A stretch of 64,000 bases of DNA. It comes from Steroidobacteraceae bacterium. GTDB taxonomy: Bacteria > Pseudomonadota > Gammaproteobacteria > Steroidobacterales > Steroidobacteraceae. The translations under genes and the position numbers were made by a program. The first letter of the stretch is position 1, and each line of letters begins with the position of its first letter. Positions 1 to 10,118 of the stretch are shown piece after piece. Location of the stretch: the NCBI GenBank assembly GCA_025451845.1, contig JANWJS010000028.1, forward strand, positions 28,189 to 92,188, in the 5' to 3' direction. The notes under the pieces are model-generated. The model was not told the DNA's origin. It made no database searches and was given only the letters and a program-made list of their open reading frames with translations.

Positions 1-378
1 GATGACTCGCAGGGTCCCCCGCCGCTCGTGCAACTGACACGCAATGGCTGGAGCAATCCCACGGGATTGCCGCGCCCGGAGCTGGAGCGGGTCGCGTATG
101 CTCTCGACAATGGCACGCTGGTGCGTGAGCACTGGAACGTGCTCGATCGAACGCTGGCCAGCGCACCGGTCAAGCGCAATCTCCTGAAGCATGTCCGCAG
201 CGTGTCGTTCCGCTACATGTCACTTACGCGCTCCTGGACCGACACTTGGCCGCCGGTCACCGTGAGCGCCCAGGGTGTCCAGGACTCTGCCTACCGCATG
301 CGCCCTCTGGCAGTGGAAGTGACTCTGGATACCCAAGCGTGGGGGAAGATCGTGCGCATTTTCGAGACTGCCAATTGA
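1..378 (+). CDS. gspJ: Type II secretion minor pseudopilin GspJ (5'-truncated by window edge)
   Basis: Frame open from base 1; LTRNGWSNP...RPELERVAY and P.AVEVTL....WGKI.RIF motifs; upstream of gspK. Confidence 0.85.
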   Translation, partial: DDSQGPPPLVQLTRNGWSNPTGLPRPELERVAYALDNGTLVREHWNVLDRTLASAPVKRNLLKHVRSVSFRYMSLTRSWTDTWPPVTVSAQGVQDSAYRMRPLAVEVTLDTQAWGKIVRIFETAN

Positions 379-380
379 AC

Positions 381-1436
381 ATGTCTCGCGCTCGCCCGCT
401 TCCCCCCCCCCGCCGCCTGAACGGCGGGGTCTCGGCGCGCCGCCGTCAGCGCGGCGTGGCGCTCCTCGTCGCCATTCTGCTCGTTGCCCTCGGCACCATC
501 ATCGCCGCGACGATGGCCTACAACAATGCGATGACGGCACGGCGTGCCGCCGCGACATTCGAATTCGATCAGGCAGTGCTCGCCGCCGAGGGCGCGGAAG
601 CGTTCGCGGCCTACGGACTGCAGCAACAGTTCAAACAGAACCAGCAACAGAACCCGGCATATACTTATCCCGGCCAGGGCTGGGGCCAGGCCATGGGCCC
701 GACTCAGGTAACACCTGGTGTGATGCTCGAGGGCTCTCTGCAAGACCTCCAGGGGCGGTTCAATGTCAACGACCTGGTCGGCACGGATGGCGAGACACCC
801 AACACGGTCGCAATCAAGGCGTTCCAGCAGCTTCTGCAACTGCTGGGCATGGATCCCAAATGGGCCGACTACATCGTCGACTGGATCGATAAGGATACCA
901 ATCCCATGTTTCCTGACGGCGCGGAGGACAGCGTCTACATGGAAATGAATCCGCCTTACCGCACGCCCAACCTGCCGATCAGCAGCACGAGCGAGCTGCT
1001 GGCGCTGCCGGGCTTCACCCGGGCGGACTTCGACAGGCTGTCGCCCTACATCGTCGCGCTGCCCCCGGGTGTCTTGACTCCCATCAATACCTGCTCGGCC
1101 TCTCCTTACGTGCTCGATGCGCTCATCGGGCACGTGCAGTTCAGTGCGGATCCGAAGCAGTTCGAGAAGGACCGTCAGGATTCCGGCACTTGCTTCCCGA
1201 CGCCTGCACAGGTGATCCAGGCGGCCGGTGATGTACAGGCACAGAATGGAAATCCCACACCAGGCACTCCCGGCACGACTCAGACCCTCGCCACCCTGCT
1301 GGGCGGGAAATCGAGCTGGTTCCGCCTGACCACCTTCGTCACCCTCGGCAACGCCGAATTCTCGGTCTATACCCTGCTCTATCAGGACCCGACCGGGATG
1401 GTTCGCCCGGTCATGCGCAGCTTCACGCCCGACTGA
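381..1436 (+). CDS. gspK: Type II secretion minor pseudopilin GspK
   Basis: QRGVALL prepilin-like motif, DLQGRFNVNDL, DWIDKD, INTCS; ATG at 381. Confidence 0.9.
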   Translation: MSRARPLPPPRRLNGGVSARRRQRGVALLVAILLVALGTIIAATMAYNNAMTARRAAATFEFDQAVLAAEGAEAFAAYGLQQQFKQNQQQNPAYTYPGQGWGQAMGPTQVTPGVMLEGSLQDLQGRFNVNDLVGTDGETPNTVAIKAFQQLLQLLGMDPKWADYIVDWIDKDTNPMFPDGAEDSVYMEMNPPYRTPNLPISSTSELLALPGFTRADFDRLSPYIVALPPGVLTPINTCSASPYVLDALIGHVQFSADPKQFEKDRQDSGTCFPTPAQVIQAAGDVQAQNGNPTPGTPGTTQTLATLLGGKSSWFRLTTFVTLGNAEFSVYTLLYQDPTGMVRPVMRSFTPD

Positions 1437-1462
1437 GGCGGCCGCTGCTAGTATGCGCGACC

Positions 1463-2707
1463 ATGGCTGACTGGCTCCTCCTCAGGCTCCCGCGCACCCC
1501 GCAAGAGCAGCCGACCTGGCTCGTGGTCGATGGCCGCGGGGCCGCCGCCGGCCCGCCCCAGGGGGGCCCGCTGTCGCTCGCCGCGCCGCGCGCGGCGGGG
1601 CGGCACGTCGTCGTGCTGGTGCCGGCAGCCGACGTGCTGTTGGCCCAGCCCGAGCTGCCCCCCGCCAAGGCAGGCGCCAAGCTGCAGCAGCTCGTGCCCT
1701 ACGCGCTCGAGGAGCAACTCGCCGAGGACATCGAGGATCTGCATTTCGCTATCGGCCGCCGCCAGGGTGAGGCGACCCGCGTCCCCGTCGCAGTCGTGGC
1801 CCGCAAGCTCATGGCCGAGTGGACCACCCTCCTCAAATCGAGCGGCCTGGAGCCCGAGGCGCTGTACGCCGACAGCGAGCTGCTGCCGCAGAACCCGGGT
1901 CAGGCCGTGGCCCTCCTGGAGGAGGATGCAGTCATCGTGCGTCCGCCGTCTGGAAATGTGGTGACGCTGCCTGCCGACGCCCTCGGGGAGGCGCTCGAAC
2001 TCGCCCTCTCCGGCGTCGAGCCCGGGACGCCGGGTGGCCGGGGGCTCATCCTCTACACGGGTGCGGCGGAATGGCACCGTCACTCCGCCACGGTGGAGGC
2101 GGCGCGCGAGCACTTCGAGGGCATCCAGATTCAGCTGCTCACCGGCGGACCGCTTGCGCTCTTCGCGCAGCAGCTCCCCACGGCGACACCGACCAATCTC
2201 CTGCAAGGCCCCTACGCACCGATCGCCACGCATCCGGTGGGCTGGAGCGCCTGGCGGGTGGCGGCCCTGCTGCTCGCGGGCTTCATCGGCCTGCACGTTG
2301 CCGGCAAGGCTGCTGAGCTCAGCGTCCTCAAGCACGCGGATCACCGGCTCGACGCCTCGATCGAGCAGGTGTTTCACATGGCGATGCCGGGCCAGCCCGA
2401 CACCTATGAGGCGCGGCGGCAGATGGAGCAGCGCCTGGCCGCGGCGCGCGCGAGTCAGGCCGCCGGCCAGTTCCTCCAGGCGCTGCAAGCGCTCGTGCAG
2501 GCACACCAGGCCGCCCCCGAAGCAGTGCTCGAAGCGCTGAGCTTTCACGACGGCGCGCTCGAGCTCAAGGCATCGGCACCCAGCGTCGAGTCACTGGATC
2601 GTCTGAGCCGCCAGCTGACCCAGCAAGGGTGGCAGGCGCACCTCACCGCGGGCAGTCCGAAGGGCTCGGCGTATGAGGGCAACATCCAGATGTCTCCGGG
2701 AAGCTGA
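1463..2707 (+). CDS. gspL: Type II secretion protein GspL
   Basis: VPYALEEQLAEDIEDLHFA motif, NLLQG, single TM; operon position. Confidence 0.9.
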   Translation: MADWLLLRLPRTPQEQPTWLVVDGRGAAAGPPQGGPLSLAAPRAAGRHVVVLVPAADVLLAQPELPPAKAGAKLQQLVPYALEEQLAEDIEDLHFAIGRRQGEATRVPVAVVARKLMAEWTTLLKSSGLEPEALYADSELLPQNPGQAVALLEEDAVIVRPPSGNVVTLPADALGEALELALSGVEPGTPGGRGLILYTGAAEWHRHSATVEAAREHFEGIQIQLLTGGPLALFAQQLPTATPTNLLQGPYAPIATHPVGWSAWRVAALLLAGFIGLHVAGKAAELSVLKHADHRLDASIEQVFHMAMPGQPDTYEARRQMEQRLAAARASQAAGQFLQALQALVQAHQAAPEAVLEALSFHDGALELKASAPSVESLDRLSRQLTQQGWQAHLTAGSPKGSAYEGNIQMSPGS

Positions 2708-2708
2708 C

Positions 2709-3194
2709 ATGGCGCGCGCGCTGGATCTGTCCTCCTCACTGGCATCCCTCTCACCTCGGGACCGCCGCACGCTCCTCATCGGCGGGGCGGCCGCCGCCAT
2801 CCTATTCCTGCTCGCCGTCATCCTGCCGCTCGACCACAGCGTCTCGCGTCTGCATGACCAGGTGACGCAGAAACAGGCGGATCTCGTGTGGATGCGCAGG
2901 GTTGCGCCTGAGATCGCGGCGGCTGGACCGGTGCGCAATACTTCGGGTGAGTCGCTCATCGTGATCATCGATCAGTCGGCGCGCGAATCCGGACTCGGCG
3001 CCGCGCTCACCGGCAGCCAGCCGAGCGGCCGCGGGGACCTGAGCGTCCAGTTGGAGAAGGCGCCGTTCGATGCCGTGGTCGGGTGGCTCGCGCGCCTGAG
3101 CCAGCAGAACGGCGTGCAGATCGAGAGCGCCACCATCGACAGCGCCGGGGAGCCCGGCACCGTCAACGCCTCCCTGGTCCTGAAGAGCCCCTAA
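2709..3194 (+). CDS. gspM: Type II secretion protein GspM
   Basis: LSPRDRR + TM, FDAVVGWL, PGTVNASL; operon position. Confidence 0.85.
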   Translation: MARALDLSSSLASLSPRDRRTLLIGGAAAAILFLLAVILPLDHSVSRLHDQVTQKQADLVWMRRVAPEIAAAGPVRNTSGESLIVIIDQSARESGLGAALTGSQPSGRGDLSVQLEKAPFDAVVGWLARLSQQNGVQIESATIDSAGEPGTVNASLVLKSP

Positions 3195-3211
3195 CAAGAT
3201 CCGCTCGGCGC

Positions 3212-3952
3212 ATGAAGCGGACCGTGACCGTCATCGTCCTGGGTGTCGTGGCTTTTGCCGCGATCCTGCTCGCGCGCCTGCCTGCGAGCTGGCTCCTGCC
3301 CCGCGGCAATGCGAATTTCAGCTGCGCGAGCGTGGAGGGCTCCCTCTGGAGCGGCTATTGCAGCGGGCTCACGGTGCGCGGCGCCGCGCTGGGGGATCTG
3401 ACCTGGCAGTTGCGCCCCTCCCGATTGCTCGTCGGCAAGCTCGCGGCGCACGTCGATCTCGAGCACCCGCCTGCGGCTTCCGCCAAGGGCGATATCGAAA
3501 TGAGCCTCGGCGGCACCGTCGTCGCACGCAATCTGACAGCCTCGCTGCCTCTCGATCCGACGCTCCTTGCGGCTGTGCCGCCCACTCTGACCGGCACGTT
3601 GTACCTCGACCTTGCGCTGGCGAGAGTGACAGGCAAGGGTGTCGTCAGCGACCTGCAAGGCCGCATCGAGGCGCACGATCTCGTCGACCACAGCGGCTAC
3701 GTCACGCCGCTCGGCAATTTCGCCGTGACCTTCCCCGGGGGCGGCTCGCAACCGACCGGCACCTTACAGGACATCGGCGGTCCGCTCGCCGTTGCGGGGC
3801 AGCTCGTGCTCACGCCACAGCCCGGATACGACCTGTCAGGCTATGTGACACCGCGTGCCAGCGCGACTCAGGCCCTCGTCAACGCCATCGAGATTCTGGG
3901 GTCCCCTGACGCGCAGGGACGTCGCCCGTTCGGGATGTCAGGAACCTATTAA
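3212..3952 (+). CDS. gspN: Type II secretion protein GspN
   Basis: N-terminal TM, LPASW, VEGSLWSG, LTWQLRP motifs. Confidence 0.85.
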   Translation: MKRTVTVIVLGVVAFAAILLARLPASWLLPRGNANFSCASVEGSLWSGYCSGLTVRGAALGDLTWQLRPSRLLVGKLAAHVDLEHPPAASAKGDIEMSLGGTVVARNLTASLPLDPTLLAAVPPTLTGTLYLDLALARVTGKGVVSDLQGRIEAHDLVDHSGYVTPLGNFAVTFPGGGSQPTGTLQDIGGPLAVAGQLVLTPQPGYDLSGYVTPRASATQALVNAIEILGSPDAQGRRPFGMSGTY

Positions 3953-4049
3953 GCGCCGGATCCGGGCTCCTGCACGGCCGAGCGCGCCTCGTGCAAAAAA
4001 GCGCGTTTTCCCCGAGGCTCCGCCACCTGCGGCGGCGGGGCACATTGCA
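3951..4049 (+). repeat. ~100-bp GC-rich palindromic repeat, copy 1 (intergenic)
   Basis: Aligns by eye with 14099-14195 (minus strand); shared core GGCTCCGCCACCTGCGGC and AAAAGCG..TTTTC hairpin. Confidence 0.75.
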
Positions 4050-4087
4050 CTGCGCATTCCTGTTTCGCGCAAGCCCGGGTGGGGCCA

Positions 4088-7000
4088 CTACTGACACTCG
4101 CGAAAGATGCCGAGCAGCGGAAAATAGAGCGCCGCCCGCACCGGCTCCGGCCCCAACGCCCCGGCGAGCGCCGCATACTTTTCCAGCTGTCCGCGATAGC
4201 GCTCGAGCTCCCGGTTGATGAAGTCCTCGAGCCGGCCGCCTTCGTGTGGACTGGTCTTGAAATCGATGACCCAGCGCGTGCCGCTTCCGTCGACGAACGA
4301 GCGATCGATCATGACGTTCGTCAGCCTGCCGTCTGCGATCCCGGTGAGGGCAAGCTCGCTGCCTGCCTCGCGATGGTCAGGCGAGAGAATCCAACGCCCT
4401 CTTTCGTCCTCGACGGTCCGGCTCAACGCCTCGACAACGTCCGCCGCGGCGCGTCCGAGATCGCGCTCCGGCACGCCGAGGCGATGGAGTTGCTCGCGGT
4501 AGAGCCCGGCCCGGGACTCGAGCTGCTTGCGCGCCGGCAGCTCGTCAGCCGCGGCGAAGGCCTGCAGGGCTGCATGGACCACAGTGCCGATATGACGCCG
4601 CGTCTCGCCTGCCCAACTGAACTCGAGCGTCTCGAGCGAGCGCTGCGCGAGCGGCAGCCGCGTGAGCTGCGGGGCGGAAGGAAGCTCCGCTGGAGCCCAG
4701 TCGGGCGCCAGCCGGCGCAGTACGCGCCGCATCTGCGAGCCGGCAAAGAGCTCGAGTTGGATGTCGCTCGAGCTGGAGGATGCAACGTCCGCCCGATGCG
4801 CCTGGAAGGCTTCCGCAAGCGCAGGCCAGAGAGAACCGAGCAGCGTCCTCCAGCGGGGCATCACCTGCCCGTCCGCCCGGGGCGCGGGAGAGGCATAGAG
4901 GTGAAGCGTCCTTTTCGCGCGCGTAGCCGCCACATAGAGAAGTCTCACCTGCTCGTTGGCCGCGCGAAGTGCCGTGAGACGCTTCAGAAAGGCGTTGACG
5001 TCCCCCGGCTCCCCGTCGCCGATGACCGGCGCCGGCGCCATGACGAGATCACTGCGTTCCGCCTCCGTACGCGGCAGATCGAGCCAACGCAGCAACGGCT
5101 CGCGTCCGTGATTGCGCTGGCGATCGAGGCACGGCACCAGCACATGATCGAACTCGAGGCCCTTGGCGCCATGGATCGTCAGGACCTGCACCGGCGCGGC
5201 GGTGCGCGCCTGCGGCTGTGCATAGAGGTTCGCCAAAACGGAATCGAGCGTCCCGATCCCACTCCACTCTCCTGATGCGGTGCGCTCACTCACCGCGTCG
5301 AAGAAAGCGCGCGCGTGCCGCAACTCCTCGGCCGGGTACGCGTCCGCGGCGCCGAGGTCCATCCACACATCCTCCAGCCAATCCGCAAGCGCAGCCTGAT
5401 CGCGCCGCGCGAGGCCCTCTTCGAGCACCCGCGTGACGCGCTCGAGCCGCACGCGCTCCTCCGCCCGACACGCCTCGAGGCGATCGGTCTCGCGCAATGC
5501 CTCGTAGACGAGGCGCGAGTCTCCGCGAGCCGAGAGCCGCGTCAGCGTCGCAAGCGATACCCCGCACCACGGAGCCCGGAGCACCGCAAGCCACGCGGTA
5601 CGATCGCCGAGGTGGCACAGCGCGCGCGTGAGCGCGACGAGGTCGCGCACGACGGGCACCTCGGCGAGCGGCACCAGCTCGACACCGATCGTGTCGATTC
5701 CGGCATCGCCCAGCTCCGCGACAACGGCTTGCGCGTGCGACCGAGCCGCTACCAGGATCGCGATGCTGGCCTGCGGTGCGGACGCCTTCAGATCCGCGAC
5801 TCTGGCCACGATCGCCTCGGTCTCCGCCACGCGGTCGTCGCCGGCAAGCAGGCGCAGCTCCACGGGATGAGCCGCGCTCGCCGGCTCGCCGCTCTGGCCG
5901 GCGAGGCTCGGCGTGAAAGCGACGGCGCTCGCGCGCAGATCGTCGGCTGGCGGGAAGAGCCGGCCGAAGGTCTCGTTGGTCCATGCGATGAGCGCGGGCA
6001 CCGAGCGGAAATTGCGCAAGAGGCGCAGCGGCGTCAGGCGCACGGTACCGATGCCGACATCCCGCGCGCGCAGGAAACAGCCGACCTCCGCCTCGCGAAA
6101 CTGATAGATCGATTGCATCGGATCGCCCACGACGAAAAGCGTGCGCCCGTCGCCCGGCTCCCATCCCGCGGTCAGGGCTTCGAGCAGCTCGAGCTGCGCG
6201 ACGGAGGTGTCCTGGAACTCGTCGACCAGAATGTGGCGCAGAGACAGACCGGTCCGCAGCGCCAGATCGGTCGGCAGGCCGGCCTCCGCAAGCGCCGCCC
6301 GCGCGGCGCCGGCGATGTAGGTGTGATCCACACGGCCCTCGAGCGCGAACAGCGCCTGCAATTGCGCGGCCGCTGCGCGCAGTACTCGCGAGAGGGCCGC
6401 GAGAGCCGCGGCGTCGTCCGTGCCGAGATCCGGACTGGGCAGCTGTGCGACCTCGAGGAGCGTCTCGCGGCCCGCCGGCAGCGCACTCAAGCGCTCGATG
6501 CAGGCTCGCAACGCCTCCTTGCCGGCGCCGTTCTCGAATCCCGCGCCCAGCCTGCGGTCGATCGCCCGGCGCCAGTCACGGTCTTTGGTGAAGACCAGCC
6601 GCGCCAGAGTCTTCCAAGACTCGAGGCAGCGTCCTTGGCTCTCGAGCTGGCCCACACCGGGCAGGCGCGCCGCCTGGGCACAGGCATCGAGACCCAGCGA
6701 CCGCCGGGCGACGCGGAGGCGATCCTCCACGATGCGCTCGAGACTGGCCGAAACGCGCCGGCAGAGGGCGTCCGGATCTTGACTCAACACGTGCGGCAGC
6801 CAATGTGCGCGTTGCCGCAGCATGTCGGCGAGCAGGCGCTCGACATGGCCCCAGCGGTTGTCGAGCCGCTCGAACAGGAGCTCCAGGTCCGCGGAGAGCT
6901 CCGCGTCCTCTTCCGCGGCGAGCAGTGTCTGGCGCGCAGCCAACAGGTAGAGCTCCTCCGGACGGGAGCTGACCGCGAGCTCGCTTCCGGCCCGGGCGGT

Positions 7001-7414
7001 GACGGGCAGCTGACTGGCGAGGCGGAAGTTGAAGGAGTCGATGGTCTGGATGCGCAGCCGGCCCGGATCCTGCGCCAGGCGCCAGTCTCGGGCCTGTGAG
7101 CGCTGCAGCGCCGCCGCCGCAAGCTGTCGCAGGCCCTCGCCTTGTGCATCGTCAGGAATATCCCCCCGCAGCGCCCGCAGAACGCGGGCACGCATCTCCG
7201 CGGCCGCGCGCCGCGTGAAGGTGATCGCGAGAATCTCCTCCGGCTCATCGACCACCGCGAGCAGCCGCAACAGGCGTTGCGTCAGGACCGTCGTCTTCCC
7301 CGATCCGGCCGGCGCCTGCAGGATCACCGACAGGGTCGGATCGATCGCACGCTCGCGCGCCACATCGTCGGCCTGAGCCGCCGCCACAACCTCCGGACTC
7401 GACGTGCTACTCAT
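4088..7414 (-). CDS. addA: AddA/RecB-like ATP-dependent helicase-nuclease (UvrD family)
   Basis: QAPAGSGKT Walker A, LVDEFQDT, VGDPMQSIY, TIHGAKGLEF, YVAATRA; C-terminal IDR...VIDFKT nuclease. Confidence 0.88.
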   Translation of the reverse strand: MSSTSSPEVVAAAQADDVARERAIDPTLSVILQAPAGSGKTTVLTQRLLRLLAVVDEPEEILAITFTRRAAAEMRARVLRALRGDIPDDAQGEGLRQLAAAALQRSQARDWRLAQDPGRLRIQTIDSFNFRLASQLPVTARAGSELAVSSRPEELYLLAARQTLLAAEEDAELSADLELLFERLDNRWGHVERLLADMLRQRAHWLPHVLSQDPDALCRRVSASLERIVEDRLRVARRSLGLDACAQAARLPGVGQLESQGRCLESWKTLARLVFTKDRDWRRAIDRRLGAGFENGAGKEALRACIERLSALPAGRETLLEVAQLPSPDLGTDDAAALAALSRVLRAAAAQLQALFALEGRVDHTYIAGAARAALAEAGLPTDLALRTGLSLRHILVDEFQDTSVAQLELLEALTAGWEPGDGRTLFVVGDPMQSIYQFREAEVGCFLRARDVGIGTVRLTPLRLLRNFRSVPALIAWTNETFGRLFPPADDLRASAVAFTPSLAGQSGEPASAAHPVELRLLAGDDRVAETEAIVARVADLKASAPQASIAILVAARSHAQAVVAELGDAGIDTIGVELVPLAEVPVVRDLVALTRALCHLGDRTAWLAVLRAPWCGVSLATLTRLSARGDSRLVYEALRETDRLEACRAEERVRLERVTRVLEEGLARRDQAALADWLEDVWMDLGAADAYPAEELRHARAFFDAVSERTASGEWSGIGTLDSVLANLYAQPQARTAAPVQVLTIHGAKGLEFDHVLVPCLDRQRNHGREPLLRWLDLPRTEAERSDLVMAPAPVIGDGEPGDVNAFLKRLTALRAANEQVRLLYVAATRAKRTLHLYASPAPRADGQVMPRWRTLLGSLWPALAEAFQAHRADVASSSSSDIQLELFAGSQMRRVLRRLAPDWAPAELPSAPQLTRLPLAQRSLETLEFSWAGETRRHIGTVVHAALQAFAAADELPARKQLESRAGLYREQLHRLGVPERDLGRAAADVVEALSRTVEDERGRWILSPDHREAGSELALTGIADGRLTNVMIDRSFVDGSGTRWVIDFKTSPHEGGRLEDFINRELERYRGQLEKYAALAGALGPEPVRAALYFPLLGIFRECQ

Positions 7415-10088
7415 CGTCCATCCCCTGCGGGCCTTCCTCCAACGTGTCTTCATCGACAGCGATGAGGCTGTCGCCGACCCGGCACACGCTGGCTACATGG
7501 CAGAAGTCGCAGGCGTGCGGCTTCGGGTCAACTGCCGCCTGCCCGGCGGCGAAAGCGCCGGCCAACCGCTCCACCAGGCCGCGCCACTCCTGTACTCGCG
7601 CTTGCCATGCGCCCTGCGGCTGTCCCGCGGCAGCCTTCACACCCGCCACCTTGGGAAGCAGGCCCTCGCTGGCTGCGATGCCGTCGAATCTCACCTCTCT
7701 CGCCGTCACGTTGACGGTCGCCAGCGCCACAACGTCTTCCCCGACTGCCGCGAGGTACGCGAGGAGCTGCGGATGCGAAGGGCGGTCCCCATACCAATCG
7801 GGGCTGACTCGCCGGCCGCTCTTGTAGTCGAGGATCGCGAGGCCGCCGCTGGCGAGCGCATCGAGGCGATCGATGCGCAATCGCAGCTCCTGGCCCGCGA
7901 GGCGAAGGCGTGACGCATACTCGGTATGCCGTACGCGAAACGGCGCGCGCCCACGCTCGATGTCGAGCAGCTTGCGGATGAGGCGCGCGGTGCGGCGGCA
8001 TTCCCGCGCCAACGCCGGTCGCGGAATCGAGTCGCCACCCGTCGCAGCGAGCGTGGCGGCCGCATTCTCGAGACATGCGCCGATCAGCTCGTCGCGCGCC
8101 TGATCGGAGAGCGCCAGCAGCGCGCGCGAGTCGCCGAGCCCATCCCAGAGCTGCTGCAAAGCGCCGTGCAGGAGCTGGCCGCGCGCATCGGGCGCGATGC
8201 CCGGCTCCGGCACGCCGAGCTGCTGACTTCCCAGGCGCAGCTCCGCGTAAGCGCGGAACGGGCACTGGTTTTGCAACTCGAGGCTGCGCGTGCCCGAGGG
8301 CAGTGGGAGTTGAGAGCTCCAGGCGACACCCAGATCGTCCCGCCATTCCGTCAGCCAGCCCGGACGGTGCAGGCGCGCGGGCAGCCATATCGAGGCTCGT
8401 GTCCTGGAGGATGGCGGGGCGGGGGTCCGCCACTGCTCGAGCAGCGGGCTCGGCAACAGCTCGATGTCATCGGCGCGCGCCGGAGCGCTGAGCACCAACT
8501 CGGCGCCGGCCGCGCGCCAGGTTGCGAGCAGTGCCCGCGCTTCCTCCAGCCGGCCCGCGGCGCTGGCCGCCGGCCAGCCGGCCGCGGTCTGCGCCGGCAG
8601 CGGCAGAAACGGGTCGGGGGCGACCGGCTGGGGAAAGCTGTCCGCGTTGAGGCCGGCAACCCATACCCCGTCATACTGCACCGCCGGATCCATGTAGGCG
8701 GGGGAGATGGTCACCGCGGCATCGTCATCCGAGGGTCGGTACGGTGTCAGAAACGCTCTTTCCGTGAGCCACTGCACCGCAACATCCAAGGGCAGCGTCC
8801 GCGCCGTCAAAGAAAGCTGACCCAGCTCCTCGAGCAGCTCATGAAAGCGGGCCAGGGTCTGTTGCTCGGCGCTGCCGCGTGTCCCGGCCCCAGGCCAGCC
8901 CAGTACCTCCAGAGCTGCCGCGAACCTCTCCGACCACTCCCGCGGATTGCCGAAGCTCGCGCCGACGGCTCTTGCTGCCTGCTCGAGACGCTCGATGAGC
9001 ACACGCGCAGGCGCCGCCACGGCCGCCGGAGCACGCCGCAGCAGCGCGAGCAGGGCAGCGAGATCGACTCGCAGCCGTCCCTGCTCCCGCAGCCACAGAT
9101 CGAGGGCGGCGCGCTCCACCGCTCCCGGCTCAGCCCACCAGGGCGCCCGCAGCCACTCTAGGAGGCTCTCGATCCCCGCAGGCTCTGCGGCAAGCAGCGC
9201 CAGACTGGCGAGCGCATGCGCTACCAGGGCCAGGCGGGCAAGCGGTTGCCCGCCTTCGAGACCCAGCAGCGAGGGGCTCTCCAGGCGCGGGTCGACCGCC
9301 TGCCGGATCAGCGCGGCGAGCCGCTCCCTCCGGCCGGCCGATCCCGGCAGCAGGACGAGGAGACGGGCGTCTGCTTGCGCTGTCAGCCGCTGTTGGCACC
9401 ACTCGGCAATGCGCTCCAGCTCCTCACGCTCGTCCGCCGGCAACTCGACCCGCGGCGGCGCCAACATGCCGGCCTCCACTGCGGGCGCCCACGAGGTCTC
9501 GAAGCCGCGCTGCTCGCGGGCAGCGGCGATCGACCGCAGGCGGGGCGACGGCGTGAGGAAGCCTGCCAAAACAACAGGACGTGCATCACCTACGCTCGGC
9601 AGGCTGGAGAGAGCCGCCGGCAGCTGCGCGGCCCCCAGCGCCAGGCAGCGTTGCGTCACCGAGCGGTGCACCGCCGCCAACAGGTCCGCTTCCGTTCCGG
9701 AGGATTCGCCCGCTTGCGGGTCGAGGCGCAGTTCCGCGGCGAGGCCGCTCGCACGACGCAGCGACTCGGCGAGCGAGGCACGGTTGACGAGGTCCAGGTC
9801 GGCCGTGGCTTCAGCCGTACATTGCCGCCAGAGGAGCCACTCTTGCGCCGGAGCGAGCAGCCGCGGCACGCTGCGCCTGCTGTCGGTGTTGGCGGCGTAA
9901 CGCTCGACCTCACGCAGCAGCCAGCCTTCGAGCGGCAGCGCATCCGGGCTGCTCCATACTCGCTTGCCGGCCGCGAGCTGCGCGGCCGCGTGGGCCAATC
10001 TCAGTGCGTGCGCCCGTTGGCGTGACGGCACGACAACCGTGCCCCCGCGCTCGAGGACGACGCCAAGATGAAGCGGAATCTTCAGCAA
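7407..10088 (-). CDS. addB: AddB-like PD-(D/E)XK nuclease with Fe-S cysteines
   Basis: QCPFRAYA, RIDRLD..ILDYKSG, HPQL, CDFC..SVCR; coupled to addA. Confidence 0.8.
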   Translation of the reverse strand: MLKIPLHLGVVLERGGTVVVPSRQRAHALRLAHAAAQLAAGKRVWSSPDALPLEGWLLREVERYAANTDSRRSVPRLLAPAQEWLLWRQCTAEATADLDLVNRASLAESLRRASGLAAELRLDPQAGESSGTEADLLAAVHRSVTQRCLALGAAQLPAALSSLPSVGDARPVVLAGFLTPSPRLRSIAAAREQRGFETSWAPAVEAGMLAPPRVELPADEREELERIAEWCQQRLTAQADARLLVLLPGSAGRRERLAALIRQAVDPRLESPSLLGLEGGQPLARLALVAHALASLALLAAEPAGIESLLEWLRAPWWAEPGAVERAALDLWLREQGRLRVDLAALLALLRRAPAAVAAPARVLIERLEQAARAVGASFGNPREWSERFAAALEVLGWPGAGTRGSAEQQTLARFHELLEELGQLSLTARTLPLDVAVQWLTERAFLTPYRPSDDDAAVTISPAYMDPAVQYDGVWVAGLNADSFPQPVAPDPFLPLPAQTAAGWPAASAAGRLEEARALLATWRAAGAELVLSAPARADDIELLPSPLLEQWRTPAPPSSRTRASIWLPARLHRPGWLTEWRDDLGVAWSSQLPLPSGTRSLELQNQCPFRAYAELRLGSQQLGVPEPGIAPDARGQLLHGALQQLWDGLGDSRALLALSDQARDELIGACLENAAATLAATGGDSIPRPALARECRRTARLIRKLLDIERGRAPFRVRHTEYASRLRLAGQELRLRIDRLDALASGGLAILDYKSGRRVSPDWYGDRPSHPQLLAYLAAVGEDVVALATVNVTAREVRFDGIAASEGLLPKVAGVKAAAGQPQGAWQARVQEWRGLVERLAGAFAAGQAAVDPKPHACDFCHVASVCRVGDSLIAVDEDTLEEGPQGMDDE

Positions 10089-10118
10089 TACAGCAAGTTA
10101 GCGCAACTTCCTGCGCTG

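Noticed and set aside
7407..10088. PD-(D/E)XK Fe-S nuclease plus helicase as a Cas4 or defence system
   Set aside because: Size, motifs and pairing fit housekeeping AddAB-type repair.
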